Source: Octopus sinensis (Eukaryota). From it: DNA of 64,000 nucleotides. Below, one piece after another: positions 11,657 through 24,484 of the stretch. The DNA is taken from positions 1,550,001 through 1,614,000 of the forward strand of contig NC_043006.1 of the NCBI RefSeq assembly GCF_006345805.1. Direction: 5' to 3'. The position numbers and the translations under genes were made by a program. Every line of letters begins with the position of its first letter. Within the stretch, counting starts at the first letter, position 1. The notes under the pieces are model-generated. The model did not search any database, had not been told where the DNA came from, and was given only the letters and a program-made list of their open reading frames with translations.

Positions 11657-12830
11657 TAATAATAATAATAATTGTGTACAGTGCTCAGGTGCACTACAAC
11701 TCATCTAAAGTGTATATATAATCAGGTGTAGTTTTGGCGGATTTCGGAAAGCATGAGGGCCTTAAAGGATGCAGTGTCATGGCAGTCAACAACTGACGCA
11801 GGCAGTTTATTCCATGCTTCAGCAACTCTGAGCGTGAAAAAATGTTTCCGAAAGTCATGGGAGCTGTGTTGTTTTCTGACTTTGTAGGCATGTCCACGTG
11901 TGTTAGACACATGGAGATCAAAAAGGTGTTCAGTGTTGTTGTTGGTGAGGTGGTTGATAATCCTGTGGGTGTTAACCAAGTCCGTCGCCAGACGCCGGAG
12001 CTTCAGTGAATCCATGCCCAGGGAAACAAGGCGCTCAGAATATGGTAGGTGTCTGATGGAGGGTATGCGTTTGGTTGCACGTCTCTGGACAGATTCCAGG
12101 AGGTCAATGTTCTGAGCAAGATAGGGATTCCAAACTGATGATGCGAATTCCAAGTGTGGTCGTACCATAGCTGTATACAGTTTTAAATAGATGGCTGGAG
12201 AGCGGCTAACAAAAGTCTTGCTGAGTGATGCCAAGACACCCTCGGCCTTCTTGACAATTTTAGAGATATGCTTTGTCCAACGCAAATCACTGCTGACAGT
12301 GATGCCTAGGTCACGCTCGCAAGAGGATTTCTTGATATCAGTGTTGTGGAGGGAGTATGTGGACGCAGGGTTTTTTCTCCCAAAATGCATGGTGGTACAC
12401 TTGTCCACAGCCAGTTTCAGTTGCCAGTCTGTGATCCATTGCTGCATTGTGTCTAGGTCTGATTGCAGGAAAGAGTTGTAGACATCAGGATCAGTCCTCT
12501 TGATTTCAAGGTACAGCTTGATGTCGTCTGCATATTTCAATACTGTGGCATTCTTTAAATTGGCATCTATGTCATTAATGTATGCCACAAACAGGAGGGG
12601 ACCAAGGACAGATCCCTGTGGTACACCCAATGACATCTCATATGGTGTAGAGTGCTGTCCTAGAACTGTGACTACCTCCTTTCGGCTGAGGATGAAGGAT
12701 TTCAACCAGTTAAAAAGGTCATCCCCCACACCCATTGCAGAGAGTTTCACCATAAGCCTTTTGTGTGGCACAGAGTTGAAAGCCTTAGCAAAGTCAAGGT
12801 AGACAACATCCACCCATGAGCCTCTATTAT
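11657..12830 (-). mobile_element. 5'-truncated CR1/L2-group LINE with uninterrupted RT C-terminal ORF (11722-12846)
   Basis: YLDFAKAFNSVPH, GVPQGSVLGPLLF, YADD, ERDLG, MVRPHLEFASSVWNP, TRGH, FFTLRVAEAWNKLP; (ATT)n tail; antisense in a KLHL18 intron. Confidence 0.92.
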
Positions 12831-13280
12831 TCTTCTCTTCTATCACTCTTTCACTTTGGCTTTCTTTGTTTTCTCTCCCCTATTTGTTCTTATCACCTGC
12901 TTTCTTTCTTCCTTTCTGGCCCATTTTCTTCGTTCTTTCTTTATTTTTTATCCATTTTATAGAGATGCACTATTATCTTAATCTTTTACTTAAACCTTAA
13001 TTCTTCATTTATTCTCTCTTTGTTATTTCAAGAAAGCTGGCAGAAACAATCGCATTATCAGAAGAAATCCCTTATAGCTCTTTATTCTTTTATATCTTTT
13101 ATATATCTTGACTTCAAATCTAGGTCCATTTGTCTTTCATTTCGCTTAGTCAATATGATAAAATACCAGTAATATACTGTGTTTGGTTTAATTAATTAAA
13201 CACTCCTAAAACATTTTCTCTTTTATATATTTTTTTAAAATTCATAAAAATTCTTTTTTTTTTTCCCATTTTCTATATAG

Positions 13281-13479
13281 ACTTCATCCGCAGAATTGCC
13301 TTGGAATTCGTAGTTTTGGTGAACAGTACATGTGCCCCAGCTTAGTGGAGGCTGCGAACAAGTACATTCAGAAACATTTCAAAGATGTTGCCAATTCTGA
13401 GGAATTCCTGAATCTTGACAAAGCTGAAATTTTAGAGATAATTTCTCGTGATGAACTGCATGTAAAAACAGAAGAATTG
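13281..13479 (+). CDS. KLHL18: Kelch-like 18, coding exon (BACK)
   Basis: TAG/GTAAGT; LHPQNCLGIRSFGEQYMCPSLVEAANKYIQKHFKDVANSEEFL..SRDELHVKTEEL. Confidence 0.95.
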
Positions 13480-14244
13480 GTAAGTTTTTCAGAAAAAAGG
13501 ATCAAAGCAAAGCATCTCAAGTAATTGGGGATATATCTAACTGCATTTGATTGTTTTTGGTGGTGGAGGGCAATTATTTTAAATAGAAATAACCTAAAGA
13601 AGGAACCAATGTTAAAATATAGGCTTTTATCTTCTATCTTCAACTTGTTTCAGTCATTAGACTTTGGTCATACTGGAGCAATGCCCTGAAAAATTCTGTA
13701 TGAATCAGCCCCTGTACTTTTTTTTATAAGCCTGGTACTTATTTTATCTGTCTCTTTTGCTGAACTGCTGAGTTATAAGGGGGGGGGGGTAAACACATCA
13801 ACGCCAGTTGATAGCAGTGGTGGTGGTGGACAAATACAGGCTCAAACACACATACACATGTATATGGCAGGCTTCTCTCAGTTTCCATGTACCAAGCTGG
13901 AGTTTGAAACAAATTAACATAAAATGTTGAAGCTTTAATTTATATCCCTTTAACCCTCTTGTTACCATATTCTTGTTGAAAATCATTTTGTTTCAATTAT
14001 TTTTGAAAATAAAGGAGAATTTAATTGAAATAACTTTGTTGTTATTAAGCTGGTGTTTGAAATGTTTGAAACACAAATTAACATGAAATTTAAGTGGGAA
14101 TTCTTAATTCAGATTACTTTTGATATCAAAAGGGTTAGAAGAGGGGTGGGACACCTTTTTAATCGCAGGTGTAAATTGCCTGTACAGAATAGAACCTGTG
14201 AGACTTTATCTATGCTGAGAAAAATTATAGACTTTTACTTTTAA

Positions 14245-14545
14245 GCACCATCCGAATCGTGGCCGAAGCCAGTGCCGCCTCGACTGGCTTCCGTGCAGGT
14301 GGCACGTAAAATGCACCAATCCGACCGTGGCCGATGCCAGCCCCGCCTGGCACCAGTGCAGGTGGCACGTAAAAAGCACCCACTACACTCACGGAGTGGT
14401 TGGCGTTAGGAAGGGCATCCAGCTGTAGAAACATTGCCAGATAAGACCGGAGCCTGGTGCAGCCTTCTGGCTTCCCAGATCCCCGGTCGAACCGTCCAAC
14501 CCATGCTAGCATGGAGAACGGACATTAAACGATGATGATGATGAT
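14245..14545 (+). mobile_element. RTE LINE 3' end with (GAT)n tail
   Basis: Near-identical to 4830-5050, with additional subrepeats. Confidence 0.75.
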
Positions 14546-15345
14546 GTATAGATATACACCTTGCATTATGTTACTGATTTTGTCTTAAGGCTTAAACTAA
14601 TTTTTTTCCTTTTGGTTTTAGAGACTTTAACAATGGGTGGTTTAAATTTTGAATGTGTGCAAAATTTCTCTTGTGAGTGAGGGGGTTTTCTGTTCCTAAC
14701 TTTGAAGGTAAATGTTAACTTGGTTAGACCGTTTGTCTAATCAATAATAGGGTAAAAAAAGGTAATGACCTCCTTCGGTCATGAATGACCAGGGAATTGC
14801 ACCTAGGCAGTTGTCCTTCAAGGCACAAGTCCTGGCAAGGTTGTTTATAGAAGATCAGCAGTTGCCCATGCATACCAGCCACCCCTCTCCATGTCACCGA
14901 TGTTATCCAAGGGAAAGGCAAAGGGGCCGATACAGCTTGGCACCATTGAAGTCACGACTCATTTCTACAGCTGAGTGGACTGGAGCAATGTGAAATAAAG
15001 TGTCTTGCTCAAGAATACAACACACAACCTGATCTGAGAATCGAACTCACTACCACATGATTGTGAGCCCAACACTCTAACCACTTAGCCATAATCAATA
15101 ATAACAAACTAATCAATGACAAGATTTAGGAGGATGGAGTCAAATATCAGACTTTGATACTTTTAGAACTGACAATGATGTAAGAAGTTAGAAAGCGCAT
15201 TAAAGATACAAATGATCAAAAGAGAGACATTATGAAGAAATGCTTAGTACATACCTGCACAGAAGGTTGCTTTCTTCTGAGATGTTATTATCTTATTAGC
15301 TAGAGTAGCAATAGAGTGTAGCTTATGAATTATGTGATAGTTAGT

Positions 15346-15669
15346 GGAGGTGCAATGGCCCAGTGGTTAGGGCAGCGGACTCGCGGTTTCGATTCCCAGA
15401 CCCGGCATTGTGAGTGTTTATTGAGCGAAAACACCTAAAGCTCCACGAGGCTCCGGCAGGGGATGGTGGTGATCCCTGCTGTACTCTTTCACCACAACTT
15501 TCTCTCACTCTTACTTCCTGTTTCTGTTGTACCTGTATTTCAAAGGGCCGGCCTTGTCACTCTCTGTGGAGTGCTCAGCCACTTACACGTTAATTTCACG
15601 AGCAGGCTGTTCCGTTGATTTGGATCAACCGGAACCCTCGTCGTCGTAACCGACGGAGTGCTTCCATCC
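15346..15669 (+). mobile_element. tRNA-derived SINE, family C
   Basis: Head GGAGGTGCAATGGCCCAGTGGTTAGGGCAGCGG..GTTTCGATTCCC; flanked by direct repeat ATGTGATAGTTA (TSD). Confidence 0.85.
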
Positions 15670-17199
15670 ATGTGATAGTTATATATCTTGGTTTTTAGAA
15701 TAGGTCTACTGTCACTCTGCACTTGGCAAGAGGTGTCATCAGAAAAAAACATCTGGTTGCAAAACACTGCCTCAAAAACAGTTGTCTGATTCATACCAGC
15801 ATGGAAAAGCGGATATAAAAATGGTAATAATAATGATGGTGATGGAGGTAATGATAATAATGTTGATGATGGTGGTGATGATGATGGAGTCGTCTCTATA
15901 TTTTTAATAAGCATATATTTAATCTTGCTTTGAAAGTAGATTCAGTTGTTTGATTACTGGCCTTCAGCCTTTTGAAGTGACGATATAAGCAACAAGCTGT
16001 TCAGTTATGTAAATGGAGTTGTTCTATGTAAGGTCTTGTTTATATTCTTCTTCTGTAGTTCTCTTCTAACTAAATTCAGCAATTTGAAAGGCAGAGCTAA
16101 GTGGTGTGCCTTAAGAAAGATTAAACTAATTGAATCATTTCTCAAAGTTTCAAATGACCATGAGTGTCTGTCACTGAGGGGAGGAAATTAATCCGAATGC
16201 TGGTGTCTAATGGTCTTCTGACATAATTCAGAAAGATCTGTCTCTAAACTGAAGTTTCTCTGAGACAAATTCCTACAGCTGGTGCTGTTCTACATGAGTA
16301 TATACATTATAAATGACATACGCATTGTTATTTTAATGTCATTCTGTTTCAAGTGTTTATATTGATATAGATATGGTTTTCTATGCATATTTATTAAGTT
16401 ACTATCATTTGTTATTATTATGTTACTTGTGACCTTGGACATTTCATACACATTTATTTTAGATTCCTTCTAGAAAAGAGAATTGATAGTTGATTTGCAG
16501 CTAATGGCTTAATACACTTCTGCTAATCTGAATTGAACAACAAATTATTGTTCTACACATTTGGAATCACTTGGTGATTGGAAGCTCTTTCTGCTATCAA
16601 CTAAAAATGGACTGGTGTATTTCTTTTACCACAGACACTAATCATTTAAGGTATTAACGGCGAAGGCAAACCAGGGGTGGAATATGAGAAAGAAAGAAAG
16701 AAAGAAGTAATCTTAGCTTGGCATCTCGGACATCGTTTAGCAAAGAAATGAAGTGACCACATGGGGCTAAAGTTTTTTAAACGAATAAGCTGCAACCGGA
16801 AGCAAGTATGCTTGGGGCAGCAGAACGTGATGTGGTAATAGAACAGGGGAAGAAACGAGTTAAACAGGGGAAGAAACGAGTAATTTACTTAACGAAATTC
16901 TAAGAGATGGAATTAAAATTATCTTTTGAGGGGTCATTTCCAACGGTTAGCTCATGGAAATACAACAACAAGCTGTTAGTAAATAAGCATTTAAGGTATT
17001 AATGACGAATGCAAACCAGGGGTGGAATATGAGAAAGAAAGAAGTAATCAGAAAGGTTATTTAGAAATATCTCAGTTTTGTTCTCGAGTAGCTACTCTCC
17101 ACCCACTTTTAATACGGAACGGTAAGAAATAGACCAACTTTAGTAAAATACAGAATTAAAAGGAATTGTAATATGTTGCACTGTGGCCTTTTCCTTTTA

Positions 17200-17548
17200 T
17201 TCTTTTACTTGTTTCAGTCATCAGACTGTGGCCATGCTGGGGCACCACCTTAAAGAATTTTTATTGAACAAGTTGACCCCAATGCTTATATTTTTTGAAA
17301 CCAGGTCCTTATTCTGTCGGTCTCTTTCGCCAAACCGCTAAGTTATAGGGACATAAACATACCAACACCGATTGTCAAGTGGTGGTGGGACACACACACA
17401 CGCACGACAGGCTTCTTTCAGTTCTGTCTACCAAATCCACTCACAAGGTCTTGATTGGCCCGAAGACACTTGCCCAAGTTACCATGCAGTGGGACTGAAC
17501 CTGGAACCATGTAGTTGGGAAGCAAGCTTCTTAACACAAAGCTATGCC
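17200..17548 (-). mobile_element. SINE family A (diverged)
   Basis: Similar to 2591-2985. Confidence 0.75.
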
Positions 17549-17703
17549 TTTTCACATCCAATGTACATTTGCAGGAAAAAGAAACCTGGAAAGCCAAAGA
17601 CAATTGGTTGTAGTGATGAATTGTAATAAATATATATATTGGCAGTGCTGCAGCCTAAAGACTGAAAGCAGTAAAAGAGAAAATATCTGATGTTCTGTTC
17701 CAG

Positions 17704-17864
17704 GTATTTGAAGCTGTGATCGCCTGGGTAAAAAGAAATCCCGTATTAAGAAAAGAAGCTTTGCCTGAACTTATGGTAAAGGTCCGCCTTCCTTTGCTGA
17801 CGCCACAGTACCTTTCAGACTACGTTGCCCCAGAAGAATTGATAAAGAGTTCTATACCATGCAG
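17704..17864 (+). CDS. KLHL18: Kelch-like 18, coding exon (BACK)
   Basis: CAG/GTAGGT; VFEAVIAWVKRNPVLRKEALPELMVKVRLPLLTPQYLSDYVAPEELIKSSIPC. Confidence 0.95.
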
Positions 17865-17934
17865 GTAGGTTATATGTACATGTCTTTTGTTATTTCTACA
17901 TCTAGCTAAGTAAAATCGCTGCCTTCCTCACATA

Positions 17935-18683
17935 CAGGCGTGTCCTTTCAGGTGCTGGTGCCACTTAAAAGGCACCTGTGCCAGTGCTGTGTAAATGCAC
18001 CCATGACGCATAAATGCATCCGTGCCAGTGGCACATAAAAAGCACCCAGCACACTCTGTTAAGTGGTTGACATTAGGAAGAGCATCGAGCCATAGAAACC
18101 ATGACTCGACATACAGCTGGAGTCTGGACAGCCCCTTGTTAACCAGCTCCATGTCAAACCATCCAACTCATAGCAACATGGAAAGTGAACATTAAACGAT
18201 GATAATAATAAAAATTTATATATATATATATAACCCGTAGCCCCTACCTGGGACGTAGTCAGTCCACCTGTGCATACCTTCCTTCTTGGGACACATAACT
18301 CTACTTGTGAAGACCTGTTGAGGCAAGTGAAAATCAAAAAATCAAATCAAAATCGATGAACATAAATGGAATTTATAGTTTGTGGTACCAGTGCCGGTGG
18401 CACATAAGAGAACCATCCGAACGTGGCCGTAGCCAGCACTGCATCGACTGGCCTCCATGCTTGTGGCACGTAACAAACACCATCCGAGCGTGGCCGTTTG
18501 CCAGCCTCGTCTGGCACCTGTGTCGTTGGCACATAAAAAGCACCCACTACACTCATGGAGTGGTTGGCGTTAGGAAGGGCATCCAGCTGTAGAAACACTG
18601 ACTGGCCTGGTGCGGGCTTCCCAGACCCCAGTTGAACCGTCCAACCCATGCTAGCATGGAAAGCGGATGTTAAATGATGATGA

Positions 18684-18690
<7 letters not shown>
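17935..18690 (+). mobile_element. Two tandem RTE 3' end fragments
   Basis: Both end in the GTTAAA-(GAT)n-type tail and contain GGTGGCAC..AAAAGCACC subrepeats. Confidence 0.7.
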
Positions 18691-18720
<30 letters not shown>

Positions 18721-19112
18721 CACACACACTCATACACGTACACCACTGTATTGATCAAACTACTGGATGTACTTGTGTCACTTCTGGTCACAATATGCAT
18801 TGTTGTAGCTTGCAAATGATGCCATCCCACTGGTTTTATATTTATGTGTGTGTATCTACATACATAGATATAAATATGTATGTATATATGTGCATATATA
18901 TATATATATATAGTACAAAGTAAGGTAGGGGTTATGGGTGTAACCCTAATGTATACTATGACTTTTAAAATCTGTATTTGTATTATCTTATCTATTGATT
19001 TATATAATATTTTTGTGTGCTTTTGATGTTCTCATTTGTAAAATGAATAAATAATCCAACATTATAATATCCGTAAGTTGATGAACAATTTGTTTCTCCA
19101 TTTTCTTATTTG

Positions 19113-19147
<35 letters not shown>

Positions 19148-19514
19148 CATACTCATAATATATACAGTACCTAATTACAGCTCTTTAATATGATAGACTC
19201 ACCATCATTATTTAATGTCTATTTTCCATGCTGACCATGGGTCAGACTTCTTAACTGAAGCTGGTAAGCTGAAGAATTGCACCCGGCTCCAGTTTGTTTC
19301 GGTTTGGTTTCTAGGGTTGGATGCCCTTCCTAATGCCACCCATCTTGGGTGCCTTTTTATGTGACACCCACTCTTGGGTGCCTTTTTATGTAGATTTGAG
19401 TAGTGAATCCTTTCATGTGACTACTCTACTGTTTTGTCCCTCTTCTCTGTCACTCGATTGCTTTTAGACGCCTGAGAAATGAACAAAGGAAACTCTCCAC
19501 TGCCAATTCTTTTA

Positions 19515-20113
19515 TTCTTTTACTTGTTTTAGTCATTTGACTGTGGCCATGCTGGAACACTGCCTTTTAGTCAAACAAATCGAACCCAGGATTTATTCTT
19601 TGTAAGCCTAGTACTTATTCTATCAGTCTCTTTTGCTGAACCGCTAAGTGATGGGGACATAAACACACCAGCATCAGTTGTCAAGCGATGCTAGGGGAAC
19701 AAACACAAATAAATACATACATACTGATGTTGGTGTGTTAATGTCCCCGTAACTTAGCAGTTATTAACTTAGATCGTTAGCCACGACACATTCTTTATTT
19801 TCTCTCCTTGTTTCTTTCTGTGTCCCTTTCTGTGAAAGAGCATAGGCTCGAAACGTAAAAGACTTTTTCTATTCCTGTGCGTTATACTAATACATCTGTT
19901 TGTTTTCTACACCACCTGTCTTCATCTTTTGTTTGTTTCGTAAACTCTCCCTACATACTTACATACATACACACACGACAGGCTTCTTTCAGTTTCCGTC
20001 TACCAAATCTACTCACAAGGCTTTGGTTGGCCCGAGGCTGCAGTAGAAGACACTTGCCCAAAGTGCCACGCAGTGGGACTGAACCCGGAACCATGTGGTT
20101 GGGAAGCAAGCTT
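19515..20113 (-). mobile_element. SINE family A interrupted by a Penelope-like fragment (about 19764-19955)
   Basis: SINE halves flank a foreign segment carrying a hammerhead-like motif and an inverted copy of SINE sequence. Confidence 0.7.
19826..19861 (+). ncRNA. Hammerhead-like minimal type I fold with non-canonical core
   Basis: CUUU-CUGUGAAA-GAGC-AUAG-GCUC-GAA-ACGU-A-AAAG: stem I CUUU/AAAG, 4-bp stem II, palindromic ACGU stem III; core deviates from CUGANGA. Confidence 0.35.
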
Positions 20114-20214
20114 CTTTTTTTACTTGATGTGTTTGTTGTTCTTTTCTTTATTATGAAGATTTATGGATATCACCTGTTGATCAGCTCATTTTATTCAATG
20201 TCTTAAACTTGTAG

Positions 20215-20351
20215 AGACTTACTGGATGAAGCTAAAGATTATCATTTGATGCCAGAAAGACGCCCCCTACTTCAAACATTCAAGACACGGCCCCGCTGCT
20301 GTACTGATATACCAGGAATAATTTATGCTGTTGGAGGATTAACTTCCTCAG
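20215..20351 (+). CDS. KLHL18: Kelch-like 18, coding exon
   Basis: TAG/GTAAGT; [45 protein letters not shown], a KLHL18-typical stretch. Confidence 0.96.
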
Positions 20352-20381
20352 GTAAGTAAAATCAACGACAATCATTTATAT

Positions 20382-20639
20382 CAGTAGTTCTCAACTACAG
20401 ACCAGATGGCCCTTGCGGGCCCACACAAGATTTTCTGGTTAAAATTTATGGACAATAAATATATTATACTTCGACGCTACACAAAATATTTTAACAATTT
20501 TTTTATACAATTCCTTATAATATTTAAGTATCAAAATATAATGCGATTTTAAAAAAAATATTGATTGGCTATGAGGGTTCACCTGAGTAAAATAAAAACC
20601 AGAGGGATCCATAGGCAAAAAAATGGTTGAGAACCACCA
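20382..20639. mobile_element. hAT (Charlie-like) MITE remnant
   Basis: Imperfect TIRs CAGTAGTTCTCAAC ... GTTGAGAACCAC. Confidence 0.55.
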
Positions 20640-21619
20640 ATTTATAGTGTTCCTTATAATGCCCACCATTGCCAACTCCCCAGTTGGGAGACTGATCCTG
20701 GATAAAATAAGATATTTTATTGATTGACCAAATCTTATTTGATTTTGTTGTGAAGCCCCTGTTGAGTTTTGTAGTATAGCTTTCAGATTCCTCAATTCAG
20801 AACCATGACCTCATGTATCTCCATAAAAAGAAAAGCATTGTTATAAAAGACATGAATGTCTTCATGAATATGCCTTGGTCAGTCAATACTGGCTGACTTA
20901 TTATGATTGATAGAGCAAACTTCAAAGAAATACATCAAGTTTTCTTGCCAAACTGTTTGACCAAAGATTCTAGAATCTGGCTTATGATTATAAAAAACTG
21001 GCAGAGTCAACCTCAGGCCAGAGTAACTCAGCCATCTCGAGGGATCTATATCGCTTGTCTCAGCAAATTTGTTTCTGCCTCTCTTCACTTTTCTTACTTA
21101 ATATGTTTGTGTTATATTCAACAAAAGCGCCAAACTTAACTGGTAGTGTTGAGTAGTACACGTGAATCATATGCAACGGCTTAAATTCCTTGTTCTACTT
21201 TCATGATATTATCTAGCAAGTTGCATTCAGAAGATTCCTAGCTGTTAAGATCAGTAAATGTTGTTCCATTAATTTATTGGATGTACATTTGTAAGTGTAA
21301 CAAAACTGGTAAATAAAATATTTGAAAACTCAATGAAACTTTAGTGTGATCATTGTCTAAACATGCAACCTACTTTATATATTGTGAACACACTAAGAAG
21401 AATATATGACTAACTACTATGCTAAAAATTAGTTAGACATCCTAGGGATTATAGCATCACATCTAGACTATTTTGACAACACTGATGCATTTTATAACCA
21501 TATTTATGATTTTATACATCAAGAAAGCTCCAAAGCTGCAGAAATTTATTTTCAGTTTATGACTGACTCGAAGAGAAGTGTTTGGACGATTCTCTGAGTT
21601 CTACTTTGTGTTTCTGCAG

Positions 21620-21727
21620 GGGATTCTCTCAGTACAGTGGAATGTTTTGACCCTGTGAACAGAAGATGGAAAATAGCTGAAGCCATGAGTACCATGCGCA
21701 GTCGAGTTGGTGTCGCTGTCCTTAATT
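21620..21727 (+). CDS. KLHL18: Kelch-like 18, coding exon (Kelch)
   Basis: CAG/GTAAGT; [36 protein letters not shown]. Confidence 0.96.
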
Positions 21728-21944
21728 GTAAGTTACTAAATACCTTCTTCATATGAAAGCAGTTTCATTAGTTATAATCTACCATAATTGTGCTACCGTA
21801 TGTCAAGAAAACTATTGCTGCTATTTCTGCTGTCATTACTGTTGTGTGTGTATCAAGTATGGTGTGATTTAGTAGATTGTTGGTCGGGGATGGGCTTGCG
21901 AAACTGTTGCCTTCACCACTGTTATTACTAATGATAAACAGCGT

Positions 21945-22780
21945 AGTGAGCTGGCAGGACCGTTAGCGCACCAGGCTAAATGTTTAATGGCATTTCATCT
22001 GTCTTTATGTTCCGAATTCAAATTCTGCTGATGCTGACTTTGCTTTTCACCCTTTCAGAGCCAATGAAATAAGGACCAGATAAGGACTGGAATTGATGTA
22101 ATCCACTTCTCCACTTCCCCCAAACTTGCTGGTTTTGTGCCAAAACTCAAAACCATCATTAATAATAAAAATCATCGTACTCTTTTACTTGTTTCAGTCA
22201 TTTGACTGCGGCAATGCTGGAGCACCGCCTTTAGTCGAGCAAATCGACCCCAGGACTTATTCTTTTAAGCCTGGTACTTATTCTATCGGTCTCTTTTGCT
22301 GAACTGCTAAGTTACATAAACACACCAACATCGGTTGTCAAGTGATGTTGAGGGAACAAATATATACACACACACATACATATATATACAACAGGCTTCT
22401 TTCAGTTTCCGTCAACCAAATCCACTCACAAGGCTTTGTTCGGCCCAAGCCTATAGTAGAAGACACTTGCCCAAGGTGCCATGCAGTGTGACTGAACCCA
22501 CCTGCCATTGCCCTTGATTCGATAATACAAACTTCCCATTTAAAGTGATCTTCATTGAAAACCTTCCATCCAAATTTCATCATCATTTAACGTCCGTTTT
22601 CCACGCTGCCATGGGTTGGACAGTTCGACCGGGGTCTGGGAAGCCATGAAGGCTGCACCAGGCTCTAGTCGGATCTGGCAGAGTTTCTACAGCTGGATGC
22701 CCTTCCTAACACCAACCACTCCGTGTGTCTAGTGGGTGTTTTTTTATGTGCCACCAGCACAGGGGCCAGAGCAGGCCAAT
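21945..22780. mobile_element. Cluster: SINE B (+, 21945-22160), SINE A (-, 22180-22499), RTE 3' end (-, 22580-22780)
   Basis: Similarity to other copies in the window. Confidence 0.7.
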
Positions 22781-23380
22781 TTCTGGCCCATAAACCTGCT
22801 ACTGCCTCTCTTAGCCTTTTCTACTACTACCACCACCACAGTGGATGGCCTCTTACCCTTGCTGCTGGCTGATCATGTGCTACCTGTGTTCAGGTACTAT
22901 TGGTAGTCCTTCCTTGTCTCAATGCCATCCTTCTTCCCTGCAGCCATCTTCATGTCGACCTTCTTCATGCCAGTCTGCCTGAGATTGCTCCTGTTCTATG
23001 ATACAAACTTCCTGTTTTAAAGTGATCAAATTCTAACCTTCCATTAAAACTCCATGTCATGTTCCAAACCCCCCACCCTAATAACAAGTCGTTTCTTTAA
23101 GTTTTTCATTATGTTCGAAACTGATTGAAGCAAAAAAAGCAGTATTTTAGCGGAAATATGGTAACAAGAGTTAATGGTATCAGTCTTATTAATCTTTGAG
23201 AACCTGTGAGGACCATGGCTCCAGTCTCTTCTTGCAGATGAAACCAATAAAAAGACAAAATGAAAAGCTAGCAGGTAATACAGGTGTAAAGATAACATGG
23301 TTGTATGTAAAGACAATTAAAAATTTGTTCTTTTGAAAGTTGTTAGCTAATGGAGCAAATATTGCTGTTGATTTTTGTAG

Positions 23381-23495
23381 CCAAGCTTTATGCCATTGGA
23401 GGATACGATGGTCAAGACAGACTGAGTACTGTTGAAGTATTTAAGCCTGATACAAAACGATGGAGAAAAGTTGCATCTATGAACTGTAAAAGAAG
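23381..23495 (+). CDS. KLHL18: Kelch-like 18, coding exon (Kelch)
   Basis: TAG/GTAAGC; [37 protein letters not shown]. Confidence 0.96.
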
Positions 23496-24094
23496 GTAAG
23501 CCATTTTCTAAATTCCGTTCTTATACATCTATATTGATTTATACAAAACTGAAGGTTTTTAGGGCAAAGAAGTAGTTTATTAGCTCGTCAAGTATAATAC
23601 TGGTACTTACTTTAACATTGAAGGGTCAAAGATAGAATTTGCTAGGGTACTTTCATCATCTAAACCAGTTACAGTACCTTTGCCTCTCATTCCATTGCAC
23701 CAACTTTTACTAAGCATTTTTGTTCTTTATCCTTCTTTCACAGAACTACAACTTGCTAAAATTCCTTCCCTGCCATATTTTCCTCTACTGACATCATCAG
23801 CATTGATCTATGTAACCTATGAAAGGAGCTTATAAGTATTATCCCACTAAATAATATATTATTTGTTCATGGGATTCACCATCATCATTATTTTAATATC
23901 CATTTTTCCATGCTTGCATGGGGCAGAGTTCATTGAGGTAGGTTTTCTGCAGCCAGGTGTCCTTCTTGTAACAAACCCTCACCTGTTTCCAGGTAACGTA
24001 ATATCTTCCCAAACTGGAAATGTTTTCAAAGAAGACTGAAAACAAATGACCACAGCCTGCATAATAGTAACCTTCACTCATCTCTATCATAAGA

Positions 24095-24484
24095 CTAGCT
24101 GTATCGCCCGGCGTTGCTCAGGTTTGTTTCGACCCTTTAGAATTGGAATTTTTGAAAAGTAAAAGTTTTGCATTATGTAGCTTGTTATTCTCTTTAAGTG
24201 AATGTTTTTCTAGTTGAAATACACCGAAAAATGGCGACACAGCAGTAAAAAAATTGTAAAAATAGGGATTTTCATAGAAAAAAAGCACCTTTTTGATGTA
24301 AATAATTTTTGGTGTTAACATGTCCAATTTGAATTTTTTCTTCTAGTGAAGGAAGAGCAAGCCTTCTTCTATCATACTCTCAATTTTGGTCAACTTGCAC
24401 CGCAGGGTCTCGGAGGAGATAGTGTTAGTTGAAGCCTACCAAGCCTGTCACACACAGACAACTTCAGCTTTATATATAGAGAGA
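24095..24484 (-). mobile_element. Non-autonomous Helitron
   Basis: Reverse complement of 48003-48376; 5' TC, GC-rich subterminal hairpin, CTAG 3' end. Confidence 0.75.
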
